Assembly: GCA_963790905.1 (NCBI GenBank)
Contig: CAWBQH010000004.1
Location: forward strand, 332,977 to 364,976
Origin: an uncultured Solirubrobacteraceae bacterium
GTDB lineage: Bacteria; Actinomycetota; Thermoleophilia; Solirubrobacterales; Solirubrobacteraceae
DNA length: 32,000 nt
Direction of reading: 5' to 3'
A program made the position numbers and the translations under genes. Positions 24,534-32,000 of the stretch are shown here, piece after piece (within the stretch, counting starts at the first letter, position 1; the number at the start of each line of letters is the position of its first letter). The notes below the pieces were generated by a model. That model was not told the origin of the DNA. It did not search any database and was given only the letters and a program-made list of their open reading frames with translations.

Positions 24534-25880
24534 TTATCGCGCTTGGCGCCGACGGGCCCGCCGGACCGCCTCCAGTCGCCTCGCGAGCTCGCCCTCGGCC
24601 TCGTCGGGCTCGTAGAAGCGCGCCCCGACGACGCTCTCCGGAAGCAGCTCCTGGGGGGACAGGTGGCCGGGACGTGCGTGCGGGTTCTCGTAATCGCCGC
24701 GCTCCTGGCCCGCCGAGCGCAACCCGGCGAGAGGTCCCGAGCGAAGCCACGTCGGCACCGGCGCCGCGCCGTGCTCGCGCACGTGGCGCTCGGCCGCGGA
24801 GAGCGCGCGCCCCGCGGCGTTCGACTTCGGTGCCAGCGACAGGTAGATCGCCGCCTGAGCGAGCGCGAAGCGCGCCTCCGGGAGCCCGACGTGCTCGACT
24901 GCCGCAGCCGCCGCCGTCGCGACCGACAGGGCCCCGGGGTCGGCGTTGCCGATGTCCTCCGAGGCGAGGATCACCATCCGGCGCACGATGAAACGCGGGT
25001 CCTCGCCGCCCTCGAGCATCACCGCGAGGTAGTAGAGGGATGCATCCGGATCCGACCCCCTCGTGGCCTTGATCCACGCCGAGATGTAGTCGTAGTGGCG
25101 ATCGCCCTGCTTGTCGTAGAGGACCGCGCGGCGCTGCAGCGCATCCTCCACCCGCGCCAGCGTCACGCGCTGCTCGCGCAGCTCGGCGGCGGTCTCGAGC
25201 GCCAGCTCGAGCGCGTTCAGCGCCGTGCGCGCGTCGCCTTCGCTGCGCGCGGCCAGGAACTCGATCGCGTCATCGTCGACCGACGGCTCGGCCGCGCGGT
25301 GAAGGACGGTTGCGAGCTCCTCGGCCGTGAGCGCCTTCAGGGCATAGACGCGAACGCGTGAGAGCAGCGCGCCGATGACCTCGAAGGCGGGATTCTCGGT
25401 CGTCGCGCCGATCAGTGTGACGAGGCCCTCCTCGACGGCCGGCAGCAGCGCGTCCTGCTGGGCCTTGTTGAAGCGGTGGATCTCATCGAGGAACAGCACA
25501 GTCCGGGGGCCACCGGTCGCACGCCGGTGGGCGGCGCGCTCGATCACGTCGCGCACCTCTGCGCGACCCGCCTGCACCGCGCTGAGCTCCTCGAACGCGG
25601 CCTGCGAACGCTCGGCGATGATCCGCGCGAGCGTCGTCTTGCCGGACCCGGGCGGGCCGTAGAGGATCATCGAATGCGGACGCCCCTGCTCGATCGCGGT
25701 GCGCAGCGCCGAGCCGGCGGCCAGGAGGTGCGTCTGACCGACGAACTCCTCGAGGCTTAGCGGGCGCAGGCGCGTTGCCAGGGGCCGGTTCGCGGCTTCC
25801 TGGCGCGGCTCCGCGGCGTCGCTCGCGCCGCGCGGAGCCGGCTGCTCAGCGTTGCGATCGGCGTCAAAGAGGGTATCCAT
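24534..25880 (-). CDS. rarA: Replication-associated recombination protein A (AAA+ ATPase)
   Basis: [16 protein letters not shown]...[17 protein letters not shown]...[24 protein letters not shown]...LIGATTENP are canonical RarA/MgsA motifs. The start is ATG 25880 (alternative 25910). The track ORF extension to 27050 is the antisense shadow of the permease gene. Confidence 0.9.
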   Translation of the reverse strand: MDTLFDADRNAEQPAPRGASDAAEPRQEAANRPLATRLRPLSLEEFVGQTHLLAAGSALRTAIEQGRPHSMILYGPPGSGKTTLARIIAERSQAAFEELSAVQAGRAEVRDVIERAAHRRATGGPRTVLFLDEIHRFNKAQQDALLPAVEEGLVTLIGATTENPAFEVIGALLSRVRVYALKALTAEELATVLHRAAEPSVDDDAIEFLAARSEGDARTALNALELALETAAELREQRVTLARVEDALQRRAVLYDKQGDRHYDYISAWIKATRGSDPDASLYYLAVMLEGGEDPRFIVRRMVILASEDIGNADPGALSVATAAAAAVEHVGLPEARFALAQAAIYLSLAPKSNAAGRALSAAERHVREHGAAPVPTWLRSGPLAGLRSAGQERGDYENPHARPGHLSPQELLPESVVGARFYEPDEAEGELARRLEAVRRARRRQAR

Positions 25881-26039
25881 GTGATTGAGTATCGCTTGAT
25901 ACGAGGTCATTGCTTGCGCCAGCACGAATACCGCTCGGCCTTTCGTCGGGAGGTTGCGACCGCCAGGACGTCGAACTTGTACATTCGGTGCATAAAGGTT
26001 GTCTCGTAATGCCAATCCCTCGAAGACTGAGCGGGAACC
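25881..26039. promoter_or_regulatory. Divergent promoter region (rarA-to-birA array / ABC importer operon)
   Basis: This 159-nt spacer has noticeably lower GC and contains cttgtacattcggtgcataaaggttgtctcgtaatgcc and a gtatc-gctt-gatac inverted repeat. I could not assign clean -35/-10 boxes. Confidence 0.35.
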
Positions 26040-27017
26040 GTGAGCGTCGGCGCTCCTGAGGTACTGCCGGCGCCAGGGCAGCCGCTCGAGTTCCTCGAGG
26101 CCGAGGGCGACATTGCCGCCCGCTCGCCGCTTCAGCTCTTCTGGAGGCGCTTCGGTCAGGATCGCGTCGCGGTCGTATCGCTCGGCTTCATCGTCTTCTT
26201 GATCGTGATCGCGATCGCGGCTCCGCTGGTGGTCAGCATCCTCGGCCTGCCCGGGCCCAACGTCGAGAATCTGAACCTGACCGACCAGTTCGGCTCCCCC
26301 CTCGGCCCGAGTCTCGCCCACCCGTTCGGGGTGGACCAGCTGGGGGAGGACGTGATGTCGCGGGTGATCTATGGCGCACGCGTGTCGCTCGAGGTGGGCA
26401 TCATCGGCACCGGCATCGCCACCGCCATCGGCGTCACCGTCGGCATGATCGCGGGCTTCTACCGCGGCTGGGTCGACACGCTCCTCTCGCGGCTGGTCGA
26501 CGTGGTGCTCTCGATACCCGTGCTCCTGCTCGGCCTCGGGATCGGCGCCGCGTGCTCGGTGAGAGGGTGCATCGGCGGCATCCTCCAGCCGGGGCTCGGG
26601 GTGATCATCTTCCTGATCGCGCTCGCGACGTGGCCGTACATGGCGCGGATCGTGCGCGGCCTGGTGCTCTCGCTGCGTGAGCGCGAGTTCGTCGAGGCGT
26701 CGCGCGCGCTCGGCGCGTCCGACGCGCGCATCATGTTCCGCGAGATCCTGCCCAACCTCGCGGCGCCGATCCTCGTCTATGCAAGCCTTCAGATTCCGCT
26801 CAACATCCTCTACGAGGCGGCGCTGTCCTTTCTCGGCGTCGGCATTCGCCCGCCCACTGCGAGCTGGGGGCAGATGATCTCGAGTGCCACCCCGATCTTC
26901 GCCACCGCCTGGTGGTACATGGTCTTTCCCGGCGCCGCGCTCCTGCTCACGGTGCTGGCATTCAACCTGCTGGGCGACGGACTGCGAGATGCCCTGAACC
27001 CGAGGACCGCCCGATGA
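26040..27017 (+). CDS. Peptide/nickel-type ABC transporter permease (OppC/DppC-like)
   Basis: The N-terminal SPLQLFWRRFGQDR motif is followed by GTDQLG-like FGVDQLGEDVMSRVIYGARVSL and an EAA-loop region FVEASRALGASDARIMFREILPN. The start codon is GTG. Confidence 0.9.
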   Translation: MSVGAPEVLPAPGQPLEFLEAEGDIAARSPLQLFWRRFGQDRVAVVSLGFIVFLIVIAIAAPLVVSILGLPGPNVENLNLTDQFGSPLGPSLAHPFGVDQLGEDVMSRVIYGARVSLEVGIIGTGIATAIGVTVGMIAGFYRGWVDTLLSRLVDVVLSIPVLLLGLGIGAACSVRGCIGGILQPGLGVIIFLIALATWPYMARIVRGLVLSLREREFVEASRALGASDARIMFREILPNLAAPILVYASLQIPLNILYEAALSFLGVGIRPPTASWGQMISSATPIFATAWWYMVFPGAALLLTVLAFNLLGDGLRDALNPRTAR

Positions 27018-27049
27018 GGGCTTTCGATACACAACACAGGAGGCGTTCA

Positions 27050-28837
27050 ATGAGGTTGATCAAGGCGGTCGCGGCGACTGCTCTCGTAGCGTTGTTTTCG
27101 CTGGCTCTGGCCGCGTGCGGCTCGAGCAGCTCGAGCAAAGTCGCGAGCAGCAACCCCCTCAGCACCGGGGGGCTCGAGAGCCCCTTGACCGAGCCGCTCA
27201 CAGGAGGCACACGCGGCGGAGTGCTGAACGTACTCAGCGAAACCGACTTCGAACACCTCGACCCGGGCATCGCTTACTTCTCGGTCGACTACACGGTGGT
27301 GTTCGCCACGCAGCGCCCGCTGTATAGCTACAAGCCCAACCAGGAGGTCGAACCGACGCCCGACCTTGCCTCAGGTCCGCCGGAAATCTCCGCAGACTCA
27401 AAGACGATAACGGTGCATCTCAAGGAAGGCATTCACTACAGCCCTCCGGTCAATCGGGAAGCGACCGCAGAAGACGTCGCCTATGCGATCGAGCGAGGCA
27501 AGAACCCTGACGTCGCCAACCCCTATGTTGAATCGTATTTCAAAGCGATCGAAGGAATGCCCGCCGCCACCGGTGGGCCGATCAAGGGAATTGAAACTCC
27601 CAACAAGCACACGATCGTCTTTCACCTAACCGAACCGAAGGCGCAGGTCGTCGTCGACGCGTTCGTGCTGCCGACGACGGCTCCCGTGCCAAAGGAATAC
27701 GCGGAAAAATTCGACAAGAACAAGCCGTCTAACTATGGCGCCTATCAGGTGGCGACCGGCCCCTACATGCTGAAGAACGAAAAGTCGGGGAAAGTTCTCG
27801 GGGTCGGCTACATCCCGGGCAAGTCCGCGACGCTGGTGCGCAACCCGAACTGGAACCCGTCAAGCGACTTTCGCCCGGCCTACCTGAACGAAATCGATGT
27901 AAAGATCGGCGGCACCGCTTCCGTGCTCGGCCGCGAGGCGCTGGCCGGGACAAACGTCGTCCAAAACGAATCCAGCGTGGCCCAGTCGGTGGAGAAGGAA
28001 GCGTTTGAAAAATACAAGAGCCAGCTGGAGATCTCGCCCGGCGCCGGCCAGCACTACATCGGCGTCAACAACAAGGTCGGGCCGTTCACCAACATCAACC
28101 TGCGAAAGGCCTTCTGGGCCGCGTTGGACCGCGATGCGATCCTGCGCGCGCGCGGCGGTGAACTGTTCGGCACCGTGGCCACCCACTTCATCTATCCGGG
28201 AATCCCCGGCTTCGAACAGGCAGGTGGGGTAACGGGACCGAAACTCGACTACGACGAACACCCCGAAGGCGACATGGCGCTTGCCGAAAAGTACATAAAG
28301 CTTGCCGGCTATCCAAGCGGCAAATACACCGGCGGGAAGACCATCACTGTCGTGGGTGCGACGGGCAGTCCTCTCGAAGAGGGCGCGGACATCGTCGACC
28401 AGACGCTCAAAAACCTGGGCTTCTCGACCAAGCTGACGCTAACAGCGACCGCCACGATGTTCGCCAAGTACTGCAACGTCCCGAAAGAAGAGATCACGGT
28501 GTGTCCGAGCGTTGCCTGGATCGCCGACTTCGCCGATCCGCAGGCGGTCTTGAACGTGACGTTCAACGGGGCATTCATCCCGTCGACGGGAAACGTCAAT
28601 TGGAGCCAGGCAGACGTCCCGAAGATCAACGCTGCGATGACAGCCGCAGAAAGTATCACCGGGAAATCACCGCGGGCCTCGGCGTGGGCGAAGATCGATG
28701 AAGAACTGGTCGAAAACGCCGTCGCGGTCCCGCTCACATGGGACAAGCAGGCGAACGTCGAGGGTTCCACGGTCAAAGGCGTCGGGGACCTGTGGGACGT
28801 GGGCGAGTGGGACTACAGCTGGACCTCGCTCAAGTAG
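27050..28837 (+). CDS. Family-5 (peptide/nickel) ABC substrate-binding lipoprotein
   Basis: MRLIKAVAATALVALFSLALAAC|GSSSSS gives a lipobox L-A-A-C. A GGAGG at 27039-27043 lies 6 nt before the ATG. The 595-aa size and motif content are typical of OppA/DppA-like SBPs. Confidence 0.9.
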   Translation: MRLIKAVAATALVALFSLALAACGSSSSSKVASSNPLSTGGLESPLTEPLTGGTRGGVLNVLSETDFEHLDPGIAYFSVDYTVVFATQRPLYSYKPNQEVEPTPDLASGPPEISADSKTITVHLKEGIHYSPPVNREATAEDVAYAIERGKNPDVANPYVESYFKAIEGMPAATGGPIKGIETPNKHTIVFHLTEPKAQVVVDAFVLPTTAPVPKEYAEKFDKNKPSNYGAYQVATGPYMLKNEKSGKVLGVGYIPGKSATLVRNPNWNPSSDFRPAYLNEIDVKIGGTASVLGREALAGTNVVQNESSVAQSVEKEAFEKYKSQLEISPGAGQHYIGVNNKVGPFTNINLRKAFWAALDRDAILRARGGELFGTVATHFIYPGIPGFEQAGGVTGPKLDYDEHPEGDMALAEKYIKLAGYPSGKYTGGKTITVVGATGSPLEEGADIVDQTLKNLGFSTKLTLTATATMFAKYCNVPKEEITVCPSVAWIADFADPQAVLNVTFNGAFIPSTGNVNWSQADVPKINAAMTAAESITGKSPRASAWAKIDEELVENAVAVPLTWDKQANVEGSTVKGVGDLWDVGEWDYSWTSLK

Positions 28838-28855
28838 GAGCACGGACAATCGCTG

Positions 28856-28887
28856 GGCCGGAGCTCCGCGCGAGCAGGGCTCCGGCC
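28856..28887 (+). promoter_or_regulatory. Intra-operon stem-loop after the binding-protein gene
   Basis: ggccggagc (28856-28864) pairs perfectly with gctccggcc (28879-28887), giving a 9-bp stem and a 14-nt loop. It begins 19 nt after the SBP stop and no U tract follows. Confidence 0.5.
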
Positions 28888-28970
28888 TCTCGCCCGAGCG
28901 GGGGACGGAGACGGCGCAGGGACAGGAATGAGATCGATGAGCGATACACCGAGATGAGGACGGCCCGACC

Positions 28971-29930
28971 GTGACCGCCTACATCATCCGCCGGGTCCTC
29001 TGGGGCATCCTGCTCTTGATCGTCGTCGCCGCCTTGATGTTCGTTTTCTTTCGCATCATCCCCACCGGCAATCCGGCGGTGCTGCGCGCCGGGCGTGACC
29101 CGCAGCCGAAACTCATCAAGGAAATCGAACGCGTTCTCGGCCTCAACAAGTCGCTGCCGGTGCAGTTCTGGGACTACCTGAAGGGGATCTTCTTCCACTT
29201 CAACTTCGGCTACAGCTACTACAGCCAGGAGTCGGTCACCGCCTTGATCAAAGAAAGGCTGCCGGCGACGCTGTCGCTGACGATCGGCGCTGCGGTGCTG
29301 TGGGTAGCGGGTGGCATGACCGTCGGAGTGATATCGGCGCTCAAGCGCCACACCTGGCTCGACAGGGCCTCGATGGGAACCGCGCTGGTGCTGATCTCGG
29401 CGCCCGAATTCTGGCTCGGGCTGATCTTCCTGTTCCTCTTCGCCAACGACATCGGTAAGTTCAAGCTGCTTCCCGGCGCGGGCAGCTACGTCGGGCTGAC
29501 GAGCGACCCGGGTAAATGGTTCACCTCGCTGATCATGCCCTGGATCGTGCTCGCCTCGGGCAGCGCGGCGGTGTTCGCGAGAATCGTGCGCGGCAGCTTG
29601 ATCGAGACGATGAAAGAGGACTACATACGCACGGCACGCGCGAAGGGGTTGCCGGAGCGAAGCGTCGTGCGCCAGGGCGTGCGCTCGGCCATCAACCCAG
29701 CGGTCACGCTGGTCGCGCTCGAAATAGGGATCCTGCTCGGCGGCGCGATACTCATCGAGACCGTGTTCAACATCCCCGGGGTGGGCCGCCTCAGCTACAA
29801 CGCGATCATCGACTCGGATTTCTCGGTGATCGAGGGAACGGTGCTTCTCGCCTCGATGTTCATCATCATCGCCAACATCGTCGCCGACATCGCCTACGCC
29901 TATCTGGACCCGCGGGTGCGCTACTCGTGA
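28971..29930 (+). CDS. Peptide/nickel-type ABC transporter permease (OppB/DppB-like)
   Basis: The N-terminus (V)[15 protein letters not shown] is followed by the EAA loop [17 protein letters not shown]. The start codon is GTG with a GAGGA 10 nt upstream. Confidence 0.9.
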   Translation: MTAYIIRRVLWGILLLIVVAALMFVFFRIIPTGNPAVLRAGRDPQPKLIKEIERVLGLNKSLPVQFWDYLKGIFFHFNFGYSYYSQESVTALIKERLPATLSLTIGAAVLWVAGGMTVGVISALKRHTWLDRASMGTALVLISAPEFWLGLIFLFLFANDIGKFKLLPGAGSYVGLTSDPGKWFTSLIMPWIVLASGSAAVFARIVRGSLIETMKEDYIRTARAKGLPERSVVRQGVRSAINPAVTLVALEIGILLGGAILIETVFNIPGVGRLSYNAIIDSDFSVIEGTVLLASMFIIIANIVADIAYAYLDPRVRYS

Positions 29931-30997
29931 GCGGGGAGGGCGCGCTGCTGCGGGTGGAGGGCCTGTATGTCGAGTTCTCGACCGAGGACGGCATCGTCCA
30001 CGCAGTCGACGGCATCACCTACCAGGTCGAGAGCGGCCGCACGCTGGGCATCGTCGGCGAGTCCGGCTCCGGCAAGACGGTGGCGTCGCTGACGACGATC
30101 GGCCTGACCCGCGGGCAGGGCGCGCGCATCTCGGGGAGGATCCTGTTCGAGGGCCGCGACCTGGTCTCGCTCTCGGAATCCGAGCTGCGCTCGATCAGGG
30201 GCAACGAGATCGCGATGATCTTCCAGGACCCGCTGTCCTCGCTGCACCCCCTCTACAAGATCGGCAAGCAGCTCCGCGAGGCGGTGCTGGCCCACGGCGA
30301 CGTCTCCAGGCGGCAGGCGCGCGCGCGGGCCGTCGAGCTGCTCGGCCTGGTGGGCATCCCCGACCCCTCCCGGCGTGTGGACGACTACCCCCACGAGTTC
30401 TCCGGCGGCATGCGCCAGCGGGTCATGATCGCGATGGCGCTGGCGAACGAACCCAAGCTGCTGATCGCCGACGAGCCGACGACCGCCCTGGACGTGACCG
30501 TCCAGGCTCAGATCCTCGCGCTGATGGAACGTCTTCAGCGCGAGCTCGGCATGGCGATCGTGATTATCACGCACGACCTCGGCGTGGTCGCCGAGATGGC
30601 CGACGACATCGCGGTGATGTACGCAGGGCGGATCGTCGAGACGGCGCCGGCGCGGGACATCTTCTCGAACCCGGAGCACCCGTACACGTGGGGCCTTTTG
30701 AAGTCGATCCCGCGGCTGGACGCGCCGCGCGAGGAGTTGCTCGTGCCGGTGCCCGGAACGCCGCCAAGCCTGATCCGCCGCCCGTCGGGATGCCACTTCC
30801 ATCCCCGCTGCGCCTACGCCCAGCCCGATCACTCGCGCATCGACCCGCTGCTCGAGCAGGTGCCGGGCGAACCGAGCCACTACGTCGCCTGCCTGCTCGA
30901 GTCAGATGTGCGCAAGCACCTGTGGAACGACCTGCAGGCGGGACTCATGCCCGAGCAGGCACTAGCCGCGGTCGGACTGCCTGCCGGCAGCTCGTGA
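29927..30997 (+). CDS. Oligopeptide/dipeptide ABC transporter ATP-binding protein (OppD/DppD-like)
   Basis: Walker A GESGSGKT, signature FSGGMRQRV, Walker [13 protein letters not shown] and the C-terminal oligopeptide-ATPase Cys/His motif GCHFHPRC are present. The GTG start overlaps the permease TGA (GTGA). Confidence 0.9.
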   Translation: MSGEGALLRVEGLYVEFSTEDGIVHAVDGITYQVESGRTLGIVGESGSGKTVASLTTIGLTRGQGARISGRILFEGRDLVSLSESELRSIRGNEIAMIFQDPLSSLHPLYKIGKQLREAVLAHGDVSRRQARARAVELLGLVGIPDPSRRVDDYPHEFSGGMRQRVMIAMALANEPKLLIADEPTTALDVTVQAQILALMERLQRELGMAIVIITHDLGVVAEMADDIAVMYAGRIVETAPARDIFSNPEHPYTWGLLKSIPRLDAPREELLVPVPGTPPSLIRRPSGCHFHPRCAYAQPDHSRIDPLLEQVPGEPSHYVACLLESDVRKHLWNDLQAGLMPEQALAAVGLPAGSS

Positions 30998-32000
30998 TGG
31001 CCGGAGAGCCGCCCACCGTCGCGCAGCCGCCGGCCTCCAACGTCGACGGCGCGAGCGATGTCGCAGAGTCACTCGTCGAGGTGCGGGATCTGGCCAAGTA
31101 CTTCCCCATCACGCGTGGGATCCTGCTGCGCCACGAGATCGGCGCGGTCAAGGCCGTCGACGGCGTCAGCTTCACGATCGGCCGCGGCGAGACGCTCGGA
31201 CTCGTCGGCGAGACCGGCTGCGGCAAGAGCACCACGGCCCGGCTGGTGATGCGGCTGCTGCCGGCGACGTCCGGCGAGGTGCGCTTCGAAGGCGAGGACA
31301 TCACGACGCTGAAGGGCGCGCGCCTGAAGGCGCTGCGGCGCGAAATGCAGATGATCTTCCAGGACCCCTACTCCTCGCTGAACCCCCGCAAGTCGATCGG
31401 CTCGATCATCGCCGAGCCGTTCGCCATCCACGGCCTGGAGAAGGACCGCGCCCAGCGCAAACGGCGTGTGCAGGAGCTGCTCGAGCTGGTCGGCCTGAAC
31501 CCCGAGCACTACAACCGCTACCCGCACGAGTTCTCCGGCGGCCAGCGCCAGCGGATCGGCGTGGCGCGTGCGCTCGCGCTGAAACCGAAGCTGCTGATCG
31601 CCGACGAGCCCGTCTCGGCGCTCGACGTCTCGATCCAGGCGCAGGTGCTCAACCTGCTGCGCGACATGCAGCGGGAACTCGGCCTTACGCTCGTCTTCAT
31701 CGCCCATGACCTCTCGGTCGTCCGTCACATGTGTGACCGCGTGGCGGTGATGTATCTCGGCAAGATCGTCGAGATCGGCGGCAACGACGCCATCTATGGC
31801 TTTCCCCGCCACCCGTACACCGGCGCGCTGCTCGCGGCGGTGCCGATCGCCGACCCGACCAGATACGGCGGCGACCGGCGGCTGCTGAGCGGCGACGTGC
31901 CCAGTCCCGCGAACCCGCCGAGCGCATGCCGCTTCCACACCCGCTGCCCGAAGGCGAAAGAGCTCTGCTCGGTCGAGGAGCCGCTGCTCGAGGACAAGGG
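30997..32000 (+). CDS. Oligopeptide/dipeptide ABC transporter ATP-binding protein (OppF/DppF-like), 3' end cut by the window
   Basis: This ORF was hand-translated and is absent from the track because no stop falls in the window: [10 protein letters not shown]...[12 protein letters not shown]...GETGCGKST...[15 protein letters not shown]...[12 protein letters not shown]...CRFHTRCP. The ATG at 30997 shares 1 nt with the preceding TGA, and a GTG at 30994 is in the same frame. Confidence 0.85.
   Translation, partial: MAGEPPTVAQPPASNVDGASDVAESLVEVRDLAKYFPITRGILLRHEIGAVKAVDGVSFTIGRGETLGLVGETGCGKSTTARLVMRLLPATSGEVRFEGEDITTLKGARLKALRREMQMIFQDPYSSLNPRKSIGSIIAEPFAIHGLEKDRAQRKRRVQELLELVGLNPEHYNRYPHEFSGGQRQRIGVARALALKPKLLIADEPVSALDVSIQAQVLNLLRDMQRELGLTLVFIAHDLSVVRHMCDRVAVMYLGKIVEIGGNDAIYGFPRHPYTGALLAAVPIADPTRYGGDRRLLSGDVPSPANPPSACRFHTRCPKAKELCSVEEPLLEDK

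Noticed and set aside
24534-27050. An 838-aa ORF extending rarA upstream across 25881-27050
   Set aside because: The RarA homology starts at MDTLFD (25880). The upstream part is the antisense shadow of the OppC-like permease gene and crosses an AT-rich intergenic spacer.

Overview
This is a densely coding, high-GC window (spot counts about 70% in most genes) that looks like an actinobacterial chromosome. I recognised no rRNA, tRNA, CRISPR array, transposase or integrase. I call 35 CDSs, three of them tentative short ORFs (45, 21 and 80 aa). Left part (1-8.2 kb): three paralogous STAS anti-sigma-factor antagonists surround a PEBP/YbhB gene. They are followed by a DHA2 MFS pump carrying a C-terminal MarR-like domain, a secreted alpha/beta hydrolase, a PucR-type regulator and a small Cys-containing lipoprotein. 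Middle (8.2-13.6 kb): a tlpA-galT-hypothetical operon lies divergent from a roughly 980-aa SF2 DEAH helicase that carries a 98-aa Asp/Glu tract just before its Walker A motif. Core (13.6-25.9 kb): one minus-strand array of 14 genes with almost no intergenic space. The order is rarA, an ALDH-fold protein lacking the catalytic Cys and Asn, sirC, ccmA, ccmB, ccmC, a ccmD-like gene, hemA, hemC, vapB, vapC, cobA-hemD, a DUF62 SAM hydrolase and birA. Many junctions are 4-nt GTGA/ATGA overlaps, and the array ends at a perfect GC hairpin. Right part (26-32 kb): a peptide/nickel-type ABC importer in the unusual order permease C, binding protein, permease B, ATPase D, ATPase F (cut by the window edge). 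The most unusual items are the vapBC pair nested at codon level inside the heme operon, the apparently dead aldehyde dehydrogenase, the ccmABCD-to-hemA coupling, the acidic-insert helicase and the MFS-MarR fusion. All family calls come from motif reading by eye. No database search or computation was run.
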